Assembly (NCBI GenBank): GCA_963702005.1
Contig: OY969696.1
Coordinates: 3,680,001-3,744,000, forward strand
Direction of reading: 5' to 3'
DNA length: 64,000 nt
Origin: Candidatus Aminicenantes bacterium
GTDB taxonomy: Bacteria > Acidobacteriota > Aminicenantia > Aminicenantales > JAFGBC01
Below, one piece after another: positions 32,986-43,509 of the stretch; positions within the stretch are counted from its first letter, which is position 1; each line of letters starts with the position of its first letter. Under the pieces are notes generated by a model. It had not been told where the DNA came from. It was given only the letters and a program-made list of their open reading frames with translations, and made no database searches. A program made the position numbers and the translations under genes.

Positions 32986-33016
32986 TTGACAAAACTGGTC
33001 ATTTTGACCATATAAT
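32986..33016 (+). promoter_or_regulatory. TA promoter with operator palindrome
   Basis: TTGACA at 32986, TGGTCA-ttt-TGACCA at 32996-33010, TATAAT at 33011. Confidence 0.65.
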
Positions 33017-33033
33017 GCGAGGAGGCAGAATTC

Positions 33034-33309
33034 ATGGAATCGATTCCTTTGACCAAAGCGAAAGCGAGATTCTCGAGCCTGGTGGATCGTCTCATCCATT
33101 TGAAGGGCCAAATCGTGATCACCAAACGCGGCAAACCCGTGGCGGCCATGATTCCCTACGAAGACTGGGAGCGTCTTCAGGCCGGCGCGGCCGGAGGATT
33201 GGCCGGCGTCGCGACTCCCCGCGATGATTTGGACGTTGCGATCGACTCCATGGTCGAGGATATTTACCGGGCCAGAGCCAAAGCTAAAGGACGAAAGCCG
33301 GTCCTCTGA
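33034..33309 (+). CDS. Phd/YefM family antitoxin
   Basis: AKARFSSLVD, ITKRGKPVAAMIPYED. Confidence 0.92.
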   Translation: MESIPLTKAKARFSSLVDRLIHLKGQIVITKRGKPVAAMIPYEDWERLQAGAAGGLAGVATPRDDLDVAIDSMVEDIYRARAKAKGRKPVL

Positions 33310-33716
33310 TGTATCTTTTTGACACGGATGTCCTCAGCTCCGTCGCGAAAAAGCGCCGTCCGTACGGTTTGATGGAGAAGCTCGCCCGGGCGCCGCGAGC
33401 CGCTCAATTCACCAGCGCCATGAACGTGGCGGAAATCTACTTCGGGATCTTCAAGATGGAGGGCCGTGAAAGCCTGCTTCGGTTCTTCGAGGAGCAAATC
33501 TTCCCCAAGCTGAATATACTTCCGTTTGACCGAGAGAGCGCCGCGATCTTCGGGCGGATCAAGGCCGAACAAGAACGAAAAGGCCGGCCCAGGTTCGAAA
33601 CCGACCTCCAGATCGCCGCGATCGCCTTACAGCATCGCCTGACCCTTGTCACGGGCAATGTCCGGCACTTCATCGGCATTCCCGGCCTCAAGGTCGAGAA
33701 CTGGCTCGGATCCTGA
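33309..33716 (+). CDS. vapC: VapC family PIN toxin
   Basis: YLFDTDVLS, DLQIAAIAL, LVTGNVRHF, GLKVENW. Confidence 0.93.
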   Translation: MYLFDTDVLSSVAKKRRPYGLMEKLARAPRAAQFTSAMNVAEIYFGIFKMEGRESLLRFFEEQIFPKLNILPFDRESAAIFGRIKAEQERKGRPRFETDLQIAAIALQHRLTLVTGNVRHFIGIPGLKVENWLGS

Positions 33717-33778
33717 GAGCGAGTTCCGCAGGCGCCGAGAAGAGCGGCGAGGGAACGAGGCCGCTCGCCGGATCCGGC

Positions 33779-35293
33779 TCAGGCCAAACCCACGAGGGGC
33801 AGGAGGAGCCGCAGGCCGACCCAAAGGATGAATCCTCCAAGAATGTCGAAGAGGGCGCCCGCCCGGATCATTTTGGTGATGGGGATCATGCCGGAACCGT
33901 AGACGATGGCGTTCGGAGGGGTCGAAATGGGCAGCATGAAGCCCCAACTCGCCCCGAGGGTGGCTCCGATCGCGGGAGGCACCGGATTGATCCCGGCCGC
34001 CAGGCTGAGGGAGATCACGACGGGGACGACCATGCTCGCCGAAGCCGTGTTGGACGTCACTTCGCTGACGAGAATTCCGATATAGACCGCAGCCAGGGTC
34101 AGCCCCCAGAGCGACGTCGCCCCGAGGGCGTTGATGATCCCCTTTCCCACGGTTTCGGCCAGCCCCGTTTGAAACATCATCTGGCCGAGCGATAGCCCGC
34201 CGCCGAAGAGGACCAAGGTTCCCCAGTCGATGCCGACGGCCTGCTTCCAGCTCAGCGTGAACTCGCGCTTTTTCCGGTCGACCGGCAGGATGAAGAGAAG
34301 GATCCCCGCGACAAGGGCCGCGGCCGCCTCCGGCATCCGCGCGCTAAAGGTCCGCGTCCAATGCCCTTCGGTCCCGAAGATGAGCATCAGGAACCCCGGC
34401 GTTATCCAGAGGACGACGGCCGTCAGAAAGGCGGCCAGGGCGTTTTTCTGGCCTCGCGTCCAGGGTCCGAGCTTCAACCGTTCGAGGCGGATGTACTCCC
34501 GGCAGCCCTCGATCCGGACAAGCTCGGGTTTGTGGAGACGGTACATAAGAATGAAGAGGGCGACGTACATGACGGCCAGGATGGGCAGGCAGAAGAGAAG
34601 CCACTTGAAGAAGGGGATTTGGACGCCCGCGAATTTCTCGATCATGGCCAGGCCGATGAGGTTGGGCGGAGTGCCGACCGGGGTTCCGATGCCCCCCGTC
34701 GATGAAGCGAATGAAGCCATGAGCATCATCCCCGTGGCAAAACGCAGCTTCGCCGGATCGACGGGCTTCCCCGTTTGGCTGGCGATGAGGTCGGCGAAGC
34801 AGCGAACGATCCCCAGGCCGATGGGAAACATCATAGCCGCCGTCGCCGTGTTGCTGATCCACATCGAAATGCCGGCGCAGATCAAGCCGTAGGCCCAGAG
34901 GATGCGGCTCGTCCTGTCGCCGATCCAGCGGATGGAGAGAATCCCGAAGGCAAACCTCCGGTCGAGGCCGTGGACCATCATGGCCTCGGCGATGAGGAAG
35001 CTGCCCAGGAACAGGAAGATGACGGGATTGGAAAACGGGGCGAGGACGTCATTCGCCGGGGCCACTCCGCCGACGATGCAGAGGACGGCGCCGCTTAAGG
35101 CCGTCACGGGGAGGGGAACGGGCTCGGTCACCCACCATACGACGACCCAGGCGAGGACCGCGGCGAGGAAATGGGCCGCGGGGGTCAGCCCGGGAGTGGG
35201 CACGAGGAAAAGGACGAGGCCGGCGGCCGGCCCCAGGAAAAGGCCGATTGCGGCCCGACCTCGTTCGAACCGGCTTTCGCCGTCAATCTCCAC
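33779..35293 (-). CDS. SLC13/DASS family anion (di/tricarboxylate) symporter
   Basis: WISNTAT, TPVGTPPN, SNTAS, FMLPISTPPNAIVY. Confidence 0.93.
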   Translation of the reverse strand: MEIDGESRFERGRAAIGLFLGPAAGLVLFLVPTPGLTPAAHFLAAVLAWVVVWWVTEPVPLPVTALSGAVLCIVGGVAPANDVLAPFSNPVIFLFLGSFLIAEAMMVHGLDRRFAFGILSIRWIGDRTSRILWAYGLICAGISMWISNTATAAMMFPIGLGIVRCFADLIASQTGKPVDPAKLRFATGMMLMASFASSTGGIGTPVGTPPNLIGLAMIEKFAGVQIPFFKWLLFCLPILAVMYVALFILMYRLHKPELVRIEGCREYIRLERLKLGPWTRGQKNALAAFLTAVVLWITPGFLMLIFGTEGHWTRTFSARMPEAAAALVAGILLFILPVDRKKREFTLSWKQAVGIDWGTLVLFGGGLSLGQMMFQTGLAETVGKGIINALGATSLWGLTLAAVYIGILVSEVTSNTASASMVVPVVISLSLAAGINPVPPAIGATLGASWGFMLPISTPPNAIVYGSGMIPITKMIRAGALFDILGGFILWVGLRLLLPLVGLA

Positions 35294-35457
35294 GGTCTTC
35301 CCTTTGCCCCCCTAGATACCACATGTCGAAAATGGAAGTCAACGGGCGGCCGGACGGCCGTTGACTCCGGCCTTGGGGTCGGCTAGAATCTAGAATCTAG
35401 AGGACAGAAAATGGAGGTTTTTCCGGGGCCCTGCGTTTTAACGTCGACGAGGTCAAG

Positions 35458-37011
35458 ATGAAGACCACCGCGGGCAAGCTCCAAGAGCTCAGGGAACGAC
35501 GGAAGGCCGCGCTCGTCGGCGGGGGAGCGGAGCGGATCAAGAAAATCCATGACGAGGGACGGCTGACCGCCCGGGAGCGGGTCAACCTCCTCCTCGACCC
35601 GGGAACGTTCCAGGAGCTCGGGGTCTTTGTGACCCATCGCTGCATCGATTTCGGGATGGACAAACAGAAGATCGTCGGGGACGGAGTCGTCGCCGGGCAC
35701 GGGAAGGTCCACGGCCGTCTCACCTACGTTTTCGCCCAGGACTTCACCGTTTTCGGCGGCACGATGAGCGAAGCCAACGCCGCGAAGATCTGCCGACTGA
35801 TGGACCTCGCCCTGGAGAACGGAGCCCCGGTCATCGGCCTCAACGACAGCGGCGGGGCGCGGATCCAGGAGGGCGTCGCGAGCCTGGGCGGATACGCGGA
35901 CGTATTTCTGCGGAATACGCTCGCCTCCGGAGTCATCCCGCAGATCTCGGCGATCATGGGACCCTGCGCGGGGGGCGCCGTTTATTCGCCGGCCATCACG
36001 GACTTCATCCTCATGGTCGACCGCACGAGCCACATGTTCGTGACCGGCCCCAACGTCATCAAGGCCGTGACCAACGAGGAGGTCAGCTTCGAGGAGCTCG
36101 GCGGCGCGAGGGTCCACTGCGCCAAGAGCGGGGTCGCGCATTTCCTGGCCGAGAACGACCAGGACTGCATCCTTCAGGTCCGCCGGCTCCTCCAGTATCT
36201 TCCCCAGAACAACCTCGACGACCCGCCGCGCCTGGAGACCGGCGACGACGTCAACCGGACCGACGAGACGCTCGACTCGATTGTGCCCGACAATCCAAAG
36301 GAACCGTACGACATGATCGAGGTCGTCAAGCGCGTCGTCGATAACGGCGATTTCCTCGAGGTCCAGCCCCTCTATGCCCGGAACATCATCGTCGGCTTCG
36401 CCCGCCTCAACGGCCGCAGCGTGGGCATCGTCGGCAACCAGCCGAAGGTCCTGGCCGGGGTCCTCGACATCAGGTCTTCACTCAAGGGCGCCCGGTTTGT
36501 CCGTTTCTGCGACGCCTTCAACATCCCGCTCGTCACCTTCGAGGATGTGCCGGGATTTCTGCCCGGCACGGAACAGGAGTTCGGCGGGATCATCAAACAC
36601 GGGGCAAAGCTTGTCTACGCCTACTGCGAGGCGACAGTGCCCAAGATTACCCTGATCACCCGCAAGGCTTACGGAGGCGCCTACATCGTCATGTCGTCGA
36701 AACACATCCGCGCCGACTATAACATGGCCTGGCCCACGGCGGAGCTCGCCGTCATGGGCGCCGAGGGCGCCGTGAGCGTCCTCAACCGCAAGGAGATCGA
36801 GAAAGGGAAGGACCCTGAAGCCCTCCGCCGGAAGCGGATCGAGGAGTACAACGAGAAATTCGCCAATCCGTACATCGCGGCGGAACTGGGATACCTGGAC
36901 GACGTCATCGAACCCCGAGAGACGCGGCCCAAGATCATCGCCGCCCTGGAGAGCCTGGAGAACAAACGGCAGAGCCTGCCGCAAAAAAAGCACGGGAATC
37001 TGCCGCTGTAG
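35458..37011 (+). CDS. pccB: Acyl-CoA (propionyl/methylmalonyl-CoA) carboxyltransferase subunit
   Basis: [38 protein letters not shown]. Confidence 0.93.
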   Translation: MKTTAGKLQELRERRKAALVGGGAERIKKIHDEGRLTARERVNLLLDPGTFQELGVFVTHRCIDFGMDKQKIVGDGVVAGHGKVHGRLTYVFAQDFTVFGGTMSEANAAKICRLMDLALENGAPVIGLNDSGGARIQEGVASLGGYADVFLRNTLASGVIPQISAIMGPCAGGAVYSPAITDFILMVDRTSHMFVTGPNVIKAVTNEEVSFEELGGARVHCAKSGVAHFLAENDQDCILQVRRLLQYLPQNNLDDPPRLETGDDVNRTDETLDSIVPDNPKEPYDMIEVVKRVVDNGDFLEVQPLYARNIIVGFARLNGRSVGIVGNQPKVLAGVLDIRSSLKGARFVRFCDAFNIPLVTFEDVPGFLPGTEQEFGGIIKHGAKLVYAYCEATVPKITLITRKAYGGAYIVMSSKHIRADYNMAWPTAELAVMGAEGAVSVLNRKEIEKGKDPEALRRKRIEEYNEKFANPYIAAELGYLDDVIEPRETRPKIIAALESLENKRQSLPQKKHGNLPL

Positions 37012-37042
37012 TCCGGACGGGATCGAGACAAGAGGACGACGG

Positions 37043-37459
37043 GTGTTCATTCGAAAGAATGCCTGGCGGCGGGCGGCCCGCCTGGGGGGGCTCCGGCCTG
37101 CTCACGGTTGGCCCCCCGTCCGGATTGAGGAAGGCAAGTTCTATGCCGACTTCGCCGGCCGCCGGCACGATCTCGAGGTTTTTGACGAACGGCTCATACC
37201 AACCCCTCGGACCGCCGCGCCGGTAAGCCCAGACGCTTCGACCGTCGTCAGGTCCCCGATGCCCGGGCTCATTGTCGATGTGCGGGTCCATGTCGGAGAC
37301 CGCGTGCGCGCGGGGTCAGCCGTCGTGGTGATGGAGGCGATGAAGATGCTGAACGAGCTCCTCTGCGAGGTCGACGGCATCGTCAAAGCGGTCAACGTCA
37401 AACCGCGGGACAGTGTCGAATCCCAGGCCCCCCTGATCGAGGTCACGAGGGCGGAATGA
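37043..37459 (+). CDS. Biotin carboxyl carrier protein (aberrant N-terminus)
   Basis: SPMPG...MEAMKMLNE biotinylation motif; start uncertain. Confidence 0.8.
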   Translation: MFIRKNAWRRAARLGGLRPAHGWPPVRIEEGKFYADFAGRRHDLEVFDERLIPTPRTAAPVSPDASTVVRSPMPGLIVDVRVHVGDRVRAGSAVVVMEAMKMLNELLCEVDGIVKAVNVKPRDSVESQAPLIEVTRAE

Positions 37460-39075
37460 CCGGACGACGCCGCATCGCCGAGGGCCACAAGGTGTCGTCC
37501 GAAACCTCGTCCCGCATCCCCGTCAAACCCCTTTATACGCCGGCCGACGTGGACGAGGATCGCTACCTCGAAAACCTTGGCTTCCCCGGCGATTTTCCGT
37601 ACACGCGGGGCGTCTATCCCACGATGTACCGCGGCCGTCCCTGGACGATCCGCCAGTACGCGGGATTCGGGACGGCCCGGCAGACCAACGAGCGGTTTCA
37701 TTCCCTCCTCAAAAAAGGACAGAAGGGGCTTTCGGTGGCCTTCGACCTCCCCACCCAGCTGGGCTACGACTCGGACGACCCGATGGCCGAAAGCGAGGTC
37801 GGCCGCGTCGGCGTCGCCGTTGATTCCCTCGAGGACATGCGGGTCCTCTTCGACGGGATTCCGCTCGAAACGATCAGCACGTCGATGACGATCAACGCCA
37901 CCGCCTCGATCCTTCTCGCGCTCTATGTGGCCCTGTCCGACGAGCGGGGCCTCGACCGGAGAAAGCTCAGCGGAACGATCCAGAACGACATTTTGAAGGA
38001 ATACATCGCCCGCGGCACCTACATCTTCCCGCCCGAGCCCTCGATGCGCCTCGTCCAGGACTCGCTCCTGTGGTGCGCCGAAAACGTCCCGAACTGGAAT
38101 CCCATCAGCATCAGCGGGTATCACATCCGCGAAGCGGGGTCAACGGCCGTGCAGGAGGTCGCCTTCACCCTGGCCGATGCGCTTGCTTACGTGGCCGCCG
38201 GCGTCAGCGCCGGGCTCGACGTGGACATCTTCGCGCCGCGGCTTTCGTTTTTCTTCTGCGCGCACAACGACCTCCTCGAAGAGGTGGCGAAGTTCCGGGC
38301 CGCCCGGCGGATGTGGGCGCGGATCATGCGGGACCGGTTCGGCGCGAAGCGGGCCGAGAGCCTGCGTCTCCGCTTTCACGCCCAGACGGCGGGCAGCACC
38401 CTCACCGCCCGCCAGCCCGCAAACAACGTCGTCCGGGTGACCCTGCAGGCGCTGGCCGCGGTCCTCGGAGGAACGCAATCGCTCCACACGAACAGCCTGG
38501 ACGAAGCCCTGGCCCTCCCCAGTGACAACGCCGCCCGGATCGCCGTCCGGACTCAGCAGATCCTCCTCGAAGAATCGGGGGTCGCCGCGACCATCGACCC
38601 CTTGGGAGGGAGCTACGCGATTGAAGCCTTCACCAACGAGATCGAACGTCGCGCCTCGGACCTCATCGAACGAGTCGAGGCCATGGGCGGAATGGTCAAG
38701 GCGATCAAGCGGGGTTTTCCGCAGCGGGAGATCGAAGCGGCGAGTTACGAGTACCAGACCTCCATCGGACGCGGAGACCGAAAGGTCGTCGGCGTCAACG
38801 CTTACGTCGACGACGGCGAGACCGCGCCGGAGGTCTTCGCGATGGACCCCGAGATCGAAAAAAGCCAGGTCGCCGCCCTCAAACGGCGAAAGGCCGCGCG
38901 GGACGGGTCGGCGGTCCGGAACGTCCTGGCCGAGCTCGACCGGGCGGCCGCCGGGAACGGCCCCCTTTTCCCGTCGATTCTCGAGGCCGTGAAGGCGTCC
39001 GCGACGCTCGGCGAGATCTGCGGGATTCTGGCCAAACGCTTCGGCCGTCACCGGGAAAAGCCGTCCGTAGGGTGA
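37456..39075 (+). CDS. Methylmalonyl-CoA mutase, large (substrate-binding) subunit
   Basis: RQYAGF (Tyr) and [13 protein letters not shown] (Gln/Arg) specificity residues, SISGYH; no DxHxxG B12 domain. Confidence 0.92.
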   Translation: MTGRRRIAEGHKVSSETSSRIPVKPLYTPADVDEDRYLENLGFPGDFPYTRGVYPTMYRGRPWTIRQYAGFGTARQTNERFHSLLKKGQKGLSVAFDLPTQLGYDSDDPMAESEVGRVGVAVDSLEDMRVLFDGIPLETISTSMTINATASILLALYVALSDERGLDRRKLSGTIQNDILKEYIARGTYIFPPEPSMRLVQDSLLWCAENVPNWNPISISGYHIREAGSTAVQEVAFTLADALAYVAAGVSAGLDVDIFAPRLSFFFCAHNDLLEEVAKFRAARRMWARIMRDRFGAKRAESLRLRFHAQTAGSTLTARQPANNVVRVTLQALAAVLGGTQSLHTNSLDEALALPSDNAARIAVRTQQILLEESGVAATIDPLGGSYAIEAFTNEIERRASDLIERVEAMGGMVKAIKRGFPQREIEAASYEYQTSIGRGDRKVVGVNAYVDDGETAPEVFAMDPEIEKSQVAALKRRKAARDGSAVRNVLAELDRAAAGNGPLFPSILEAVKASATLGEICGILAKRFGRHREKPSVG

Positions 39076-39078
39076 AAG

Positions 39079-39489
39079 ATGATCAAAAAGGTCGACCACA
39101 TCGCCGTCGCCGTTGAGAACCTCGATGAGGCGGTCGAACTCTTCGAACGAACCCTGGGACTCAGGGTGACGCATCGCGAGAGCGCGGCCGCGTTCGACGT
39201 CGAAGCGGCGACCTTCGACCTGGGGGACATCGCCCTCGAGCTCATCGAGGGGACTAGTGAGGTGTCGGAGGTCCGCAAATTCATCAAGACCCGGGGCCCG
39301 GGCCTGCATCACATCGCCTTCGCCGTCGACGATATCGAGCGGTCCCTCGCGAGTCTCAAGGCCAAGGGCGTCCGCCTCATCGACGAAACGCCGCGGCCGG
39401 GACGAGCGGGGTCGCGCGTCGCTTTCATCCACCCCCAGTCCACCCGCAAGGTGCTGATTGAGCTCGTCGAGCCGGGGCGCAAGGCGTAG
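39079..39489 (+). CDS. mce: Methylmalonyl-CoA epimerase
   Basis: VDHIAVAV, LELIE, GPGLHHIAF, AFIHP, VLIELVE; adjacent to mutase. Confidence 0.92.
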   Translation: MIKKVDHIAVAVENLDEAVELFERTLGLRVTHRESAAAFDVEAATFDLGDIALELIEGTSEVSEVRKFIKTRGPGLHHIAFAVDDIERSLASLKAKGVRLIDETPRPGRAGSRVAFIHPQSTRKVLIELVEPGRKA

Positions 39490-39628
39490 CCCGGTTTTAT
39501 AGAATGCTCATTAAGCCGGCGCAGCAGAAAGCGAATTTCTTAATCCCCCCATGTGACATTTCAAATGTGGCAATACGGTTCAGCGCAGCGGAAAAACATG
39601 ATTTCTTGTCTTAATTAGGAGGACGAAA

Positions 39629-39934
39629 ATGATCCCGAAAACAAGACTTGGAAAATGGGCAGGAGGATTGTTGGCAGTTTTTCTTGTGCTTTTAATAGCG
39701 CTTATCCTTGGCAGAAATGTTGCAGGATTCCAACCAGGGACCCCACTAATTGGCATAGTGGGATTATGTGCGATGATTGCTGGAATTGCCACTTTCGTTA
39801 CCGGGGTCGTAAGCTTAACGAAGTTCAAGGATCGCTCATTCGTCGTGATCTTGGCCGTAATCTTCGGATCCCTTGCCATCCTCATTATCATAATGGAGGC
39901 GGCTGAGGGTATTATCTGGCGCTCAACTCATTAG
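39629..39934 (+). CDS. Small 3-TM membrane protein
   Basis: AGGAGG RBS; PKTRLGKW followed by three hydrophobic helices. Confidence 0.7.
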   Translation: MIPKTRLGKWAGGLLAVFLVLLIALILGRNVAGFQPGTPLIGIVGLCAMIAGIATFVTGVVSLTKFKDRSFVVILAVIFGSLAILIIIMEAAEGIIWRSTH

Positions 39935-40014
39935 AGGACAAACGGTCGCGTCGGATCTCCGGCACTTTCTGGTTTGACATCCGGCGACGCCGCGATTTAT
40001 CATCCCCAACGCTA

Positions 40015-40404
40015 ATGATCGAGCAAAAACGAATGACTCTGGGGCTCGTAACGATCGCGGTGATCATGTTCTTCGCGGCGGTGGCCACGGATATTTTTTG
40101 GGTCGGGAGATTCGCGGCCGACAAGTTTCCCTCGACTATGGCTATCGAGGACCGTGTCTATAATGCTTTTGTCGCCCCTGATCTCATCCTATCGATCCTG
40201 CTTTATATCGGGGCCTACGGCTTGCTCAAATTGAAAAAGTACGGGCTTGTAGCTACATATCTGGCCATGGGAATGTGGCTGTTCGACTCCTTTTTCGTGC
40301 TCGGGATCACCAAACTCTCCCGTATCAATATCATCGGCCCCAGTCTCTTTTTCGTGTTTTTCACCATCATCTATCTCTGGAAAAAGAAAAATCTTCTTAG
40401 CTGA
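40015..40404 (+). CDS. Small 4-TM membrane protein
   Basis: Four hydrophobic segments. Confidence 0.65.
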   Translation: MIEQKRMTLGLVTIAVIMFFAAVATDIFWVGRFAADKFPSTMAIEDRVYNAFVAPDLILSILLYIGAYGLLKLKKYGLVATYLAMGMWLFDSFFVLGITKLSRINIIGPSLFFVFFTIIYLWKKKNLLS

Positions 40405-40428
40405 CCTATTTCGAATCCGAGAATCTTG

Positions 40429-41973
40429 TTACCGGAATATCACATACAGCGCTAGGGTCAGCGCGACGACGATCGGCCCGAGCCACTTGAGCGCCGGCGC
40501 CGGAGTCATGTCGAACCCCTTCTGCTCGGGCATCGTGACCGGCTCCTTGAGCGGCCGCATCATCGTAGCAACCGCTAAAACAACGACGATCGCCGCGAAG
40601 GTGATTCCCATCCTGTTGAGGAAGGCGATGTCCCTCGCCCAAACAAGAAGCGCCCCGTAGATCGGAACGTTAAGCAGGAGCGCTGTCACGCCCGCGAATC
40701 GTGGCGTCTTTTTAACGAACAGCCCGAAGACGAAGGCCGCCAGGACCCCGGGCGAGACGAAGCCCTGGAACTCCTGGATATAGTTGAAGATCCCCTTGAA
40801 TTTCGGGCTGCCGAGCTGCGGTGCGATCAAACATACGGCGACGACGAAGACCAGGGTCGCCCAGCGCCCGAGCCTGATCAGCGACTCGCCGCTGGCGTCC
40901 TTCTTGACGTGCCGCTTGTAGAGGTCCATGGTCAGCAGGGTCGCGACGCTGTTGAGGAGCGAGCCGAGCGTGCTGATGACCGCGCCCGAGATCGCCGCCA
41001 AAATAAACCCGCGCAGCCCCGGCCCGACCAGGTTCTTGATTAAAAGCGGGTAGGCCTGGTCCGTGGTCGCGCCCGGCGCCGTGAGCTCGGCCCGGAACAG
41101 CTGCCAGGAGATGATCCCGGGCATGATGATGATGAACGGGATGAGCAGCTTGAGAAATGCCGCGAACACGATCCCGAGCTGGCCTTGCCGCAGGCTCTTG
41201 GCGGCCAGGGTCCTCTGAGTGATGAACTGGTTGAGCCCCCAATAGTAGAAGTTCGGGATCCACAGCCCGACGACCAGGGTCGTCCAGGGGATGACGGGGT
41301 GGTTGGCCGGCATGATGACGTGGAGCTTCTGGCCGCTGGCCGCGACGAAAGCGCCCCAGCCGCCGACGGCCTTGAGGCCGATGATCAGGGTTACGATCCC
41401 GCCCAGGATCAAGCCCGACCCCTGGAATAGGTCCGCCCAAGCGACCGCCTTGAGCCCTCCCCAGGTCGTATAAATCGCGGCCAGGATCCCGATCAACCAG
41501 ACCGCTTTGACCAGGTCAATGCCGAAGATGGTGTTCAGCGCCAGCGCGCCCGTATAGACGACCGCCGCGATGCTGACCGCGACGTACATGATCAGGAGAT
41601 AGAGAGCCATCAGCCCGCGTGCCGCCGGGCTGTAGCGGTATTCGAGATATTCGGGAATCGTGTAGATCCCGGCCTTCAGGAATTTGGGCAGGAAGAATAA
41701 GGCCACAAGGACGAGCGTGATGGCCGCCATCCATTCGTAGCTGGCCACGGCAAGGCCGGAGATCCCCGCTCCTTGTCCAGACATGCCCACGAAGTGCTCG
41801 GTCGAGATGTTGGCAGCGATCAGGGAGAATCCGATCAGCGGCCAGACCAGGCCCCGACCGGCCAGGAAAAAGTCCTCCCCCGACCTCTCGCGGCGGCTTT
41901 TGTACATGCTCACGCCGATGACGATGAGGAAAAACACGGCGAAGACGGTGATGTCAGCCCAATGGAGGTTCAT
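40429..41973 (-). CDS. Sodium:solute (sugar) symporter, SSS family
   Basis: FFLAGR, AANISTEHFVGMSG, NQFITQRTLAAK; start MNLHW. Confidence 0.93.
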   Translation of the reverse strand: MNLHWADITVFAVFFLIVIGVSMYKSRRERSGEDFFLAGRGLVWPLIGFSLIAANISTEHFVGMSGQGAGISGLAVASYEWMAAITLVLVALFFLPKFLKAGIYTIPEYLEYRYSPAARGLMALYLLIMYVAVSIAAVVYTGALALNTIFGIDLVKAVWLIGILAAIYTTWGGLKAVAWADLFQGSGLILGGIVTLIIGLKAVGGWGAFVAASGQKLHVIMPANHPVIPWTTLVVGLWIPNFYYWGLNQFITQRTLAAKSLRQGQLGIVFAAFLKLLIPFIIIMPGIISWQLFRAELTAPGATTDQAYPLLIKNLVGPGLRGFILAAISGAVISTLGSLLNSVATLLTMDLYKRHVKKDASGESLIRLGRWATLVFVVAVCLIAPQLGSPKFKGIFNYIQEFQGFVSPGVLAAFVFGLFVKKTPRFAGVTALLLNVPIYGALLVWARDIAFLNRMGITFAAIVVVLAVATMMRPLKEPVTMPEQKGFDMTPAPALKWLGPIVVALTLALYVIFR

Positions 41974-42099
41974 GCGAGACGTTCTCCCTTGCCGGAAATC
42001 GGTTTCGTATACGGACGCGCTCGATTCCGCGCACGGGTTCAATTATAGCGAGCGACCGCAACGCGTCAACTCAAATCTGGGGATCGCTAACGTATCCCC

Positions 42100-42140
42100 T
42101 GACCAACCACTTCGGTCATGTGACCAATATTATTGGTCAA
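42100..42140. promoter_or_regulatory. Cluster of TGACCA/TGGTCA inverted repeats (orphan operator)
   Basis: GGTCA-tg-TGACC and TGACCAATA-t-TATTGGTCA. Confidence 0.5.
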
Positions 42141-42151
42141 TAGAATCGTCA

Positions 42152-42294
42152 GTCAAACCCTCGACTCCCCGGCCTGAAGGCCGGGGCTTGGTCAGGGTTG
42201 ACCCTGAGCCTCGCTTCTCCTCCCCGCTTTGAAAGGCGGGGCTCCGATTTTAAGCCCCGCTTTTCAGGGCGGGGTAGCGTCGGCGAACCCGTGA
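42152..42294. repeat. ~145 bp multi-hairpin repeat (family D)
   Basis: CCCCGGCCTGAAGGCCGGGG, TCAGGGTTGACCCTGA, two CCCCGC-N8-GCGGGG hairpins; matches 18542-18692. Confidence 0.8.
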
Positions 42295-42527
42295 AAATCA
42301 TCTCCGAAATAAAAAAGCGGAACAAGGTTCTTAGATTACTGTCTCCGACCGATTGCGTCAAAGACCGCTTGGCGGCCTTTTATCATTGGAATGACCGGCA
42401 ATCGCTGGAGCAGGCGATCCTGGTGAGTCGGAGCCGTACCGTCGACCTCAAAGAGATCCGCAGGTGGTCGCTCAAGGAAGGGATGGCGGAGAAACTGGCG
42501 GTTTTCAGGAAGTCGCTTAAAACCTGA
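42289..42527 (+). pseudogene. C-terminal remnant of a putative nucleotidyltransferase-type TA protein
   Basis: LLSPTDCVKDRLAAFYHWNDRQSLEQA...DLKEIRRWS; no start codon, 5' end abuts family D repeat. Confidence 0.55.
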
Positions 42528-42577
42528 GCTTATAATGGCGTCACCTATGCCAAGGCTCGCCTCGATATCAAGAAATT

Positions 42578-42691
42578 ACTTGACATATAGCGCATGAAAA
42601 GGGGACAATATTCCCTGTAATAGCGCGAAATGTCAAGTTCGCTTGAAGCCAGAGTTGATATTTCGTGTATAAATAGGGGGAAATATTCCCT
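42578..42691. promoter_or_regulatory. AbiE operon promoter/operator region
   Basis: ACTTGACAT...ATGTCAAGT inverted repeat (42578-42638) and two AGGG-x-AATATT-CCCT palindromes. Confidence 0.55.
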
Positions 42692-42711
42692 ATAGGGAAA
42701 CGGATTATAAA

Positions 42712-43509
42712 ATGAGAACAAGCGAATTCTTTGCCACGCATCCCGTTTTTTCCCTCGATGAAGCCGCGAAGGTTTTAGAGGTGCCCGGCGGTCGGTCCGG
42801 GACAGTGGAACGTCTCAAGCATTATCTTGAAAAAAAACGGCTGAGACTAGTGACTCGCGGGGTTTATGCGGTCATGCCGCCCGCTTTGAACACCGATCAA
42901 TTCCAACCGGATCCTCTCCTCGTGGCCCAAGCGGTTCGACCCGACGCCGTTTTTTCGCATCATAGCGCCCTCGAGCTTCTCGGCGCGGCACACTCTCTCT
43001 GGAACCAGGGCGCCGTTTACACGAGAAAGCGGCGGAGGCCGCTCCGCCTGGACGGCGGACGCATCTATTTTTTAGATCATCCCCATCCCATGAGAAACAA
43101 AGCTGGAACATATTTCGCGACCCAAAAAATAGAACGGCGGGGAAAACTGCTCGAAGTGACCACGCCCGAGAGGACGCTCGTCGAGGGATTCCGCCGGCCG
43201 GCCCTGGCCGGCGGGCTGGAGGAATTTGTGCGCTCAGCGGCCGGCTTTCCGGTCCTCGATCTCGATCTTCTCGAGGAGATCCTTCAGCGCTACGACATGG
43301 CCTATCTTTGGGTTTCGGCCGGCTGGTTCTTGGAAAAATTCCAAAAGAGTTTTCATGCCTCCGAAAACGTCATTCATCGAATGGAGCGGCGCCGGCCGCG
43401 GTCTCCGCACTATCTTGAACGGGGAAGCCGCGGCGGTTCGCTGTCGACAAGGTGGAACCTGATCCTGCCCAAGTCGCTTCTACAGTTGGGAGAGCCGGAT
43501 GAAACCTAG
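42712..43509 (+). CDS. Type IV TA antitoxin, AbiEi family
   Basis: N-terminal wHTH (VTRGVY), SHHSALELLG, TTPERTLVE, RWNLILP. Confidence 0.85.
   Translation: MRTSEFFATHPVFSLDEAAKVLEVPGGRSGTVERLKHYLEKKRLRLVTRGVYAVMPPALNTDQFQPDPLLVAQAVRPDAVFSHHSALELLGAAHSLWNQGAVYTRKRRRPLRLDGGRIYFLDHPHPMRNKAGTYFATQKIERRGKLLEVTTPERTLVEGFRRPALAGGLEEFVRSAAGFPVLDLDLLEEILQRYDMAYLWVSAGWFLEKFQKSFHASENVIHRMERRRPRSPHYLERGSRGGSLSTRWNLILPKSLLQLGEPDET

Noticed and set aside
42152-42294. Functional omega/HEARO RNA of an IscB/TnpB system
   Set aside because: Only the first hairpin resembles it; no IscB, IsrB, TnpB or TnpA ORF follows either copy
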